Below the pieces are notes generated by a model. That model was not told the DNA's origin and ran no database searches. It was given only the letters and a program-made list of their open reading frames with translations. The position numbers and the translations under genes were made by a program. A stretch of DNA of 29,447 nucleotides from Octopus sinensis (taxonomy: Eukaryota). Where the stretch lies: the NCBI RefSeq assembly GCF_006345805.1, contig NW_021833501.1, positions 1 to 29,447 on the forward strand. Reading direction: 5' to 3'. Each line of letters opens with the position of its first letter. The first letter of the stretch is position 1. Shown one piece after another: positions 1 to 9,207 of this stretch.

Positions 1-67
1 AGGAGGGTTATCAATATAATTTAGGTAGAGGGGTGATGTTCTGATGGTGAGATTAAAGAAAAAAAAA

Positions 68-215
<148 letters not shown>

Positions 216-407
216 CAGTAGATAAAAAGGGAGGCTAAGAGAGATGGTGTTAGTGGTGGTAGTAAGTATTTTAAATCTCCTATCACCTAACGCATGATCA
301 GAAATGTAATTCCATGAAATATTCACACTTATATACAGTGTCATATGTACGGCGTATATATATATATTACAATTAGATATATATTATAATGAAAGTACCA
401 GGAGTAC

Positions 408-884
408 TGACTAATTCGTCTTTTGTGCTAGGTCACTGGTAATAAGAATTTATTTTTATTACCCTATTTACTATGTTATAAATGTTGCTCGATAAATTTG
501 CTAGTAAATTTTTACCGGCATACCCTCTGTTCGCCGGGTATAGTTTGCGTCTGCGCACTGGTCTGAAAAGTTAGAGTATACATATCGCTAGATTTGTACG
601 TGCTTCTAGCGATATGTACAGCTTGGATTATAAAGGCTTCCTGCTGACGAGTCTGGCCTTAGCAGATGAATTCTATTCATTTGCTAAAAAGAAGATGAAA
701 CTGCAGTACAGGATTAGCTGAGATGGTAAACGTTTTTGATTTTCTTTCCATTTCATGAATTTATCCCCCCCCCTGTGTATTTAGTACTTGCTTCTTTATT
801 TGGAAGCCTTTTAATGTACTTATATATGAATAACGTATAGTCTAATGACTAATTCGTCTTTTGTGCTAGGTCACTGGTGATAAA

Positions 885-888
<4 letters not shown>
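408..888 (+). mobile_element. Short terminally redundant HHR-bearing element (Penelope-like pLTR or retrozyme-like), followed by (TA)n
   Basis: The 33-nt sequence TGACTAATTCGTCTTTTGTGCTAGGTCACTGGT is identical at 408-440 and 846-878 (period 438). An internal HHR is present and the 3' copy runs into (TA)n. Family assignment is inferred from the known association of HHRs with Penelope-like elements and retrozymes. Confidence 0.6.
639..713 (+). ncRNA. Type I hammerhead ribozyme with extended stem II
   Basis: Stem I TCCTG 639-643 / CAGGA 709-713. Core CTGACGA 644-650. Stem II base GTCT/AGAT, with inner 12-bp hairpin 659-670/676-687 (one G.U). GAAA 697-700. Palindromic stem III ACTGCAGT 700-707. 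GUA cleavage triplet ending at 708. Confidence 0.85.
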
Positions 889-948
<60 letters not shown>

Positions 949-1218
949 ATTAAGAGGAGGGAAATAATATCAAAGCACATAGCGAATGGCAAGGCTGGAT
1001 CCTTCAGATGGTAGGTTTTACGCTAAATGTCCTTTAGGTCCCAACCGATGTAACAGTTTATTTTTTGGCAACGTAGATATACAGTCTAATAATGATAATA
1101 ATGGGATTGAGTTTGTATATTCAAATTCTTAATTCTCTCTGTCTCTCTCTCTCTCACTCTTTCTTTATTTCATTCTTTCTTTCTTTCATTCTTTCTTTCT
1201 TTCTTTCTCTCTTTCGCT

Positions 1219-1267
<49 letters not shown>

Positions 1268-4200
1268 TTATAAATTGAAGATATACTCGTTAAAATGTTA
1301 TTTGTTATAAACATTTATATATGTATATGTTAGGGTGTGTATGTGTGTGTATGTACATTTATATATATTCAAATAAATGCTCTCTCTCTGATCCACAGAT
1401 CCGATTCACAGATCCTTGGTGATCCTACTAATGGGCAGAAAAGACACACGAAACGTAGAAAAAAAACCTCTATGAATAAATTATGTAAATGTCCCGCCCT
1501 CTGATTTTTAATTGTTCCTCAAGCTGAAGAAGTTGAAGGAGACTGTAACAAGGGTCCTGGAGACACTTCCTTTCAGATGAGATTTCAGCTTAGGTCTGTA
1601 GATTATTTTTCGAAAGCTGCGCCGTAAGAGGTTCCACAGTTTAATGTGCCCCTTGGTTATCCAAACGATAATCGATGCGAGATTATTTAGTATAACTGAT
1701 TTTAGTATAAGTCATTTACGCAATTCGGTAGCTTAATAACACCTAAGTTTGCTAGGTCCGAAGACGTCAGTAGTAATACTGTTTGGAAACATGGTGGTTA
1801 TGTCCACTGACATGACACATATTCCTCTGTCAAGCACCATGTCTATCTTACCGTTGGTGAATGAATGAGGTTCAAACGAAGACTACGGCAGTCATATTGT
1901 TTCCTATGGCTTCATCTCTATGCGTAAATTGAATGAAGTATGGGTGCTATGCCTTGCCAAAGTGCAATCCATGTTCGGTCCAGTGCAATGTTTTATCCAT
2001 ATTCACCATACCCAAACCCTAACCCTATATTTGGAGGTTGTTCACCACTTTACCGCGTACAGTATACTCTCTCAAAGCACACACATTCATAACTGGGCAT
2101 AATTCGCTATGGAATACGAGTTCATAACATGCACCTTAATTTTACTAACTGTTTTAGCTATCGAAGTAGTCGCGAGTTGACATTGACATCCTTTCGTATT
2201 GCCCACCCTTGTATCTAACTATCACAACTAACTCTCGGTTGATACTTTATTTAAAGTTCAGTAGACTGATGCAACGTGAAATGAAATGACTTGATCTAAG
2301 TAATAACGTCACTCATTTCAGGAATTGATCCCGGGATATTATGATCATCAGCTGAACTTCCAAAACAAGTATGCCATATAACTTCATACATGCTCCACCA
2401 CACAATCTTCTTGAGATACTCCGAGCAGAAATTGAAATCAAGTCCTCATATGCAACAACAAGCTATAGAAGAGTACCTCTCTATTAAATAATTTTGCTGA
2501 ATTCAAATGTGGAACCCATTGTTTAGGATTACGTCTAGATTTCAAGATACCCAAACCCTCAATTTTCACTATTTTCCTCATATTTCAGGGAAATATATTG
2601 TGAAAGGTAGTACGAATGTCTATTATGGCTTATCGATTATTTTATTAAAGGTCTGGTGTAAACACCGGGTTATGAAATAATGGCCGAAGCGAGCATTAGT
2701 CTCAGGGTATTTTAATGTGAATAAACAGGCTTTAGTTCAGCCGGAGAAAATCATGTAACTAAAAACGATGCTGGGCTATTGAGGATCAGCACTCAACCAT
2801 TCAAACCATTCAAACCATTCAAACACAAATTCATGAAAAAATAGACATGAACAATAATGTCTGTAGAAATTTAGAGATATTTGCTAGCTTTTCAGTAGAA
2901 TTTCAAAACATCCTAGGTTTGAAGACAATGCAATTTCTACGTATATTAGTACGTTCTTCATAAGCTGGTTTATTCGAAAACAAATCAAAGACATTCTGTG
3001 GATCCATTATTTTAAAATTCTGATGTGATCATATTAAATTGATGTCCGTTTCGGATTCTGTTCGTCTCCAGTTATTTCGTTCGCGTGACGATATTTCCAA
3101 AGTATTGTCTTGAATAAAGTTCAAATTGTTTATACACCAAGAACGGGGATTTATATTTTCCTACCGTTGAATTCTGACAGGTTTCATATTTTCTTTCGAA
3201 TAGGAGTAAAGCAGGCTTGAAACCGATTCACAGGATGACCAAGTCTAGAGGGAAGGAGAAAAGATGGTATTCTTCAACTGAAGAATGTTTAAGAGAATAT
3301 GGACTTCACTAACGGCACTCAAAGAAATAGATGGTGGTTTTGAACAGAGATGTGCTTTAAGACTACCATTGAAATAGGCCATTAGAGACAGAGAAAGGAT
3401 ACAGCATAGAAATGGACATGGTGTTGAAACACGGCCATTTGTGATGTGCTGAAGATTAGACAAGTGTCCCTCACAATCTTACTTGAAAACTTAACCTTCG
3501 CTGAGCATTATTAGCAGTGAAGATCTTTCGTGGCGCAAGTAGATCCTTTGCATAGCTAGTACGGTATCTTAAAGTCCAATCCTTCTTTTTGCAGCCATAA
3601 CTTCAGACCATTTACAATGCTCAAGTGAAGCACACAATGAAGAAATCTTTCTACATCTGGAACGGTGATACACATCCGGGATTGCATCGAAAGAAGGGTG
3701 ACGTGGCTAAATTTTACTCTATCCCTAACAGACATACTCTAACAGCTATCTCGCAGGCAGGATATCTCTTCTCTTTGTTTTGCCACTGTCACTGTCATGC
3801 TACAGATTCTTGTAGGAGTTGGCTGAGCTCTTGACCCCACCAAGCAGGTACTACCGACTCACTCGTCTATTCCTTTGCTCCTCGATCTTAAACATCAGTT
3901 CGTTTTCAGTATGAACCACTGTGCTAAACACTTCAACCCCTTCATCATTCCTGTAAATGTTGGCCTGTAGCAGCTTAAACGGAACGTTCATGGTATCTAT
4001 CTCAGATTTCATTCAATTCACGCTTAAATTATGAAAGATGAAAATACCTAACTTATTAAACGGAACATTGACTTTGCTATTTCACATCTTCAGATTTACG
4101 AGGTTTAAAGAATAACATTAACAAAACATTGCTATTTGCTTTACATTAGGATTTCTCAAATGGTGAAAACGTTGTTGACAAATGGGATTGATCGAATGAA

Positions 4201-4769
4201 TCGATCCACTTTAGTATTTGAATTTTTGATTAAAACTTGAAGTGATGCAAGCCATTTAATTGGAAATAATCGCCTAGAACATAAATTAGTTCTTATGATT
4301 TTCATGAGCATCTAATAATAATTCGGCTTATTCCTCCGTCAGTAGGAATCAGCAGAATTCTTATTAGATAATAATAGCGCATCTGTAACACTTTTACAAG
4401 ATGAATTGAAGGGAAATGCGAAGAGCGAGAGAAAAGAGGGAGTAGAGGGAAAAAGCGGGTAAGGTGAAGAGCGTGCCTGGGTCCTTGTATATTATCATAT
4501 ATTGAGGGATGTGTGTTGAGAGAGAAGAGTTGAGAAAATTTATGACGTATAAACGATAAGGAAAACAGGTTGGGAATTAAAAAATGAAACAATAAAAATG
4601 GTTAGGAAATGTAAAGGTAGATAAAAAGTTGTTTACTGCATCGATATATGGAGCAGGATATCAGTTGAGGTGCAAGGCAATTAGTTAGGGGATGACACAG
4701 GGGTGGGTGGGGTATTGTTGCTATTTGTACTTAGAATATGAATTGCATAATTTGTGTCAAGAAGTAAAT

Positions 4770-4966
4770 ATTATGCTATCCCGTTCATTTCAAATATTTC
4801 CTTAATGCGGACAGTGAGGAAACCCGTTTGGATACGATATCCACGATAGAGTTTAGAACTGCCGTTGCGGTTGGGGGAAAAGTTGGCGTAGTTGAGGTTC
4901 TCCTTAAGTTTATGGCATGGGTAGGAAATTTGGCTTTGTAGATCTAGGGTGACATCTAGGAAATTA
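4770..4966 (-). pseudogene. Penelope-like element reverse transcriptase fragment
   Basis: Manual translation with frameshifts gives NFLDVTLDLQSQISYPCHK...VLNSIVDIVSKRVSSLSA..KEIFE. This fits the PLE RT C-terminal pattern NFLDVTL...Y.P..K...KRIS.LSS..EIF as I recall it. Confidence 0.7.
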
Positions 4967-4969
4967 CGG

Positions 4970-5262
4970 CAATAGATTGGAGTTCAAGTGCCCACAACTA
5001 TTTAATGCCTTGCCAACACATCTGAGGTATCTCCATGTAATGGATGTAGATGTTTCAAGATACAACATGATCTCTTGCAATCCAAGATACCAAATGAACC
5101 AATATCGGGGCAGGAAACTCAAACGAGGGCATCGAAAGCGAATTCCGTCCTTCACCAAAGGCCAATCCCATAAAATTGGCCAGTCGAAAGGTGCTTACAC
5201 TGGTGGGACCCCATCATCGACACAGCCTCAGGGTTAAAACATATAAAAGAATAAAAGAACAT
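4970..5262 (+). mobile_element. 3' end fragment of a LINE (CR1/L2/Jockey-group-like; clade uncertain)
   Basis: Reads CPQLFNALPTHLRYL..DVDV(fs)FKIQHDLLQSKIPNEP..QETQTRASKANSV, matching the LFN.LP..LR...FK..LD......PDEP...RA..NS ORF2 C-terminus. A short UTR and an AATAAAAG-type tail follow. Confidence 0.65.
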
Positions 5263-5337
5263 AAATATATATGTATAATATCAATTTAATAAATAAAATA
5301 TATGCATACATATATGTACATATATATATATATATAT

Positions 5338-5975
5338 GAGTACAGAACACCACAAATAAGCGTAGAACACAACGAGAAACGAAAACATAAAATCAAACAA
5401 GGAAACGGACTTTTTTTAACAACGAAAATACAGGGTTCAAGACAAACAATACAAGGAAAATTCCCCTTCATCAGCTGCCGCTGTTTCAACTCAATGCGTG
5501 TTTCGAATGTAAGGGCAGAACACGATCCGGCCGAAACAGTCATTCCTGCAAAATGAATTAAATAAAATTCTTTTGCAGAGGGGTAAAACAATTGACAAGA
5601 ACAGGACGTAAAAGCAATACAAATGAAGAAAAAACGGTACAAATAAAGAATAACAGGACAAGGAAACCAACTATAAGGGCTTTTTTAAGCCTAGACGGTG
5701 GAAAAATTCGTTAGAACGCATTCTGAAGATCGGCTTGCGGAAGACAGAAGAAGTCGATGTTGACTTGTTGAAAGCATCGGGCAGAAAGAAAGTTAGTAGT
5801 CGCCCGTTCAGAGACGAGAGAGAAGAGGAGGAGTGAGAGAGAGAGAGGAGGAGGAGTGAGAGATAGAGAGAGAAAGAGGAGAAGAAACCAGAAAGGATGA
5901 AAAATAAGGAGAGAGACAGGTAGAGAGGGAGACAGACAGGCGGGGAGGAAAGTTCAGGTAAAGAGTTAAGAGTGC
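5338..5975 (-). mobile_element. Probable degenerate Penelope-like pLTR remnant
   Basis: On the minus strand: pyrimidine tract, hairpin-rich segment, isolated CTGATGA, U-rich stretch, then (TA)n. This is the same layout as the HHR-bearing unit at 6213-6832, but no complete HHR was found. Confidence 0.3.
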
Positions 5976-6171
5976 GCGTCATAATTATTGAAATAAAAAC
6001 TTACTTGCAGAAGAAAAAGAAAACAACGCGTTGCGTTCAATCATATAATAACATTTTGATAAATAAAACATATGCATACATACATACATAAATATATATA
6101 TATATATATATATGTGTGTGTATGTATATATGTATATATATGTATATATATATATATATATATCTATATAT

Positions 6172-6214
<43 letters not shown>

Positions 6215-6310
6215 CTGGAAGCTTTACGAAAATAAACAAAAGACGAAGGCAGGTGGAGTACAAACAAACAATTGTATTAGTATGGGGCTCAGGAATAGAA
6301 ATAAAACAAG

Positions 6311-6348
6311 TCTTTTACGTTTCGAGCCTACGCTCTTCAACAGAAAGA
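6311..6348 (-). ncRNA. Minimal type I hammerhead-like motif with U in place of A6 (copy 1)
   Basis: Minus strand reads TCTTT-CTGTTGA-A-GAGC-GTAG-GCTC-GAAA-CG-TA-AAAGA: 5-bp stem I, 4-bp stem II, palindromic ACGT stem III and a GUA site. The core is CUGUUGA rather than CUGANGA. Confidence 0.7.
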
Positions 6349-6892
6349 TACACAGAAAAGAAACACGGAGAGAAACAAGGAGAGAAAAATATGCGTGCAG
6401 GTGTTAACGATTGAACATGGCGGTCTGATTTCAGCCAGAAGTCAGAGATCAGACGTTAGACGCTAGAGGGACAGTAGGGGAGATAACAGGGCAAGTGACC
6501 TCGCCCCAACATAAGGGTGCGTGTGTGTATAAGAGAGTATGTATGTGCGTATGAAAGGTCTGGACGTGTGTATGTATGTATGATGTGATGTGTAATGTCG
6601 TATGGTGTGGGGAAAACCCATGTGGGGTGTGGGTTCGGATGGGGTTGGGGTAGAGGGGGGTTGGGGTAGAGTGGGGTTTTGGGGAGAGTGAAAGGGGTAG
6701 AGAAGAGAGAGGAGGGGAGGAGGGAAGAGAGATGAGGGGGAGGGGAGAGAGGAGATGAGGGGGAGAAGGGAGGAGGAGGGAGGATAGATGAGGGGGAAGT
6801 GGGAGAAGGAAGGAGAGGAGAAGACGAGGGGGATATATATATATATATGTATATATATATGTATATATATATATATGTATATATATATATGT

Positions 6893-6953
<61 letters not shown>

Positions 6954-7050
6954 ACTGGAAGCTTTACGAAAATAAACAAAAGACGAAGGCAGGTGGAGTA
7001 CAAACAAACAATTGTATTAGTATGGGGCTCAGGAATAGAAATAAAACAAG

Positions 7051-7088
7051 TCTTTTACGTTTCGAGCCTACGCTCTTCAACAGAAAGA
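7051..7088 (-). ncRNA. Minimal type I hammerhead-like motif with U in place of A6 (copy 2)
   Basis: Identical to 6311-6348. Confidence 0.7.
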
Positions 7089-7588
7089 TACACAGAAAAG
7101 AAACACGGAGAGAAACAAGGAGAGAAAAATATGCGTGCAGGTGTTAACGATTGAACATGGCGGTCTGATTTCAGCCAGAAGTCAGAGATCAGACGTTAGA
7201 CGCTAGAGGGACAGTAGGGGAGATAACAGGGCAAGTGACCTCGCCCCAACATAAGGGTGCGTGTGTGTATAAGAGAGTATGTATGTGCGTATGAAAGGTC
7301 TGGACGTGTGTATGTATGTATGATGTGATGTGTAATGTCGTATGGTGTGGGGAAAACCCATGTGGGGTGTGGGTTCGGATGGGGTTGGGGTAGAGGGGGG
7401 TTGGGGTAGAGGGGGGTTGGGGTAGAGTGGGGTTTTGGGGAGAGTGAAAGGGGTAGAGAAGAGAGAGGAGGGGAGGAGGGAAGAGAGATGAGGGGGAGGG
7501 GAGAGAGGAGATGAGGGGGAGAAGGGAGGAGGAGGGAGGATAGATGAGGGGGAAGTGGGAGAAGGAAGGAGAGGAGAAGACGAGGGGG

Positions 7589-7622
<34 letters not shown>

Positions 7623-7641
7623 TATATATATATATGTATAT

Positions 7642-7694
<53 letters not shown>

Positions 7695-7716
7695 GTATAT
7701 GTATATATATATATAT

Positions 7717-7750
<34 letters not shown>

Positions 7751-7766
7751 AGAAATATAAAAATTA

Positions 7767-8340
7767 GTCTCTCAAAAGGAGATTACGGCAGCGTTAGTGG
7801 AAATTAATAGTTATCGCCATACTAATATGGCAGTCTAAATATAAGACTAAAACTGTCGCTGATTAGCTCCAAGAGGCCACCGCCTCTAGCTATCTATATG
7901 ACAAACGAACCTGCGTCCATTACAACCTTCGAACAATGGCCTCCTGGTGCTAATCAGCGACAGCTTTAGTCTTATATTTAGACTGCCATATTAGTATGGC
8001 GATAACTATCAATATCCAGTAACGCTGCCGTAATCTCCTTTGGAGAGACAAGGGGATGTATTCCACTGTAACTAGGTAAATAAAATCTTCGAACAGACTG
8101 TCAGTAGCGACACCTGCTGGTTCTGACTACGCTGCATTGATAAATGGCAACACGCTGAAACATGTCTGCAGATGTCTGACTAGCAAGGTGAAGCGGCTGA
8201 CCTCCCCTGTTCGAAGGTTGTAATGGACGCAGGTTCGTGTGTCATATAGCTCGATGGAGGTGGTGGCCTCTTGGAGCTAATCAGCGACAGCGTTAGTCTT
8301 ATATTTAGACTGCCATATTAGTATGGCGATAACTATTAAT
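7767..8340. mobile_element. Foldback/MITE-like element with long inverted repeats, present as two partial copies between (TA)n tracts
   Basis: Inverted pairs at 7767-7879/7937-8049 (113 bp), 7803-7935/8208-8340 (133 bp) and 8087-8096/8207-8216. No coding capacity. Superfamily not assignable. Confidence 0.7.
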
Positions 8341-8344
8341 ATAT

Positions 8345-8389
<45 letters not shown>

Positions 8390-8859
8390 TATATATATAT
8401 AAGACCACCAACAATTTAGATTCAAATAAATATGGTACTTAATTTAGATGCACCAGAATTTTGCATGGTGTTACCCATGGGGTGATTATAATCAAAATAA
8501 GCAACAAGAATGACTCCGCTGATTTGGTACAATAGTTTCGTACTACAACATTTTATTAAAAGCTGTAAGTATTACAGCAGATTTAAGATGCTGAGTACGC
8601 TTCAGCCAATTTATATAGGTTTTCCAATAATATAAAAGCTTTCAAATCAAGTAGTAACATTTTAGAGAAGGTAAATATACAGATAAAGATGTGAATATAA
8701 ATTTTAGGAACATATGAGGTTGTGAAGTTCAGCTGCTAACTGACCAAAACTCTGCTTGTATCTGACTGCTATAAGAATTTTTTAGTTTTAGGAATGAGGG
8801 TAAGGGAAGGTTTCAGAATACCATAAAGGAAATTCAGGCTGTCACTAAACAAAAAGCCA

Positions 8860-8915
<56 letters not shown>

Positions 8916-8975
8916 ATATATATATATATAAATTGGACATGGGCGATCGTTGTATTCTTTCTTGTCTTGAGGTTC

Positions 8976-9176
8976 ACAGCCAAACGGCTGGGTGGATTCG
9001 CATGAAATATGGCACACATGTGGAGAGGGGTGTATATATTGAATGCAGTTTGTATGTTTTCCTATCCCCCATAGTTACCGAGAAAATCGATTAAAACTTT
9101 TTTTAATGGAATTCCCCCGCCAACATACATAACCTCTCTACTTTTCTGTTACTCACTCCGCACACCCCATCCAACA

Positions 9177-9207
<31 letters not shown>

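Larger units (their letters stand above)
6211..7749 (-). repeat. Two tandem near-identical ~740-bp units (Penelope-like pLTR segment plus (TA)n block)
   Basis: ATAACTGGAAGC starts at 6211 and 6951. Unique parts span 6213-6832 and 6953-7588. Unit 2 has one extra 16-nt G-rich repeat. Each unit carries a minus-strand HHR motif. Confidence 0.9.

Noticed and set aside
1770-1845. Minus-strand peptide VMSVDITTMFPN resembling PLE RT motif A
   Set aside because: No neighbouring RT motifs were found in any frame, so it is likely chance.
2010-2027. Telomere-like CCCAAACCCTAACCCTA
   Set aside because: Only about three imperfect units, which is expected by chance.
2290-2460. Short open frames, including minus-strand IWHTCFGSSADDHNI with a faint Harbinger-nuclease look
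   Set aside because: Too short, flanked by stops, and with no supporting motifs or TIRs.
3236-3345. SRGKEKRW...CLREYGL...RNRWW resembling an RTE ORF C-terminus
   Set aside because: The similarity is weak, needs a frameshift, and no upstream RT sequence is recognisable.
5724-5785. Plus-strand CTGAAGA...GAAA as a hammerhead
   Set aside because: Twelve unpaired nt lie before GAAA, and no stem III or stem I can form.
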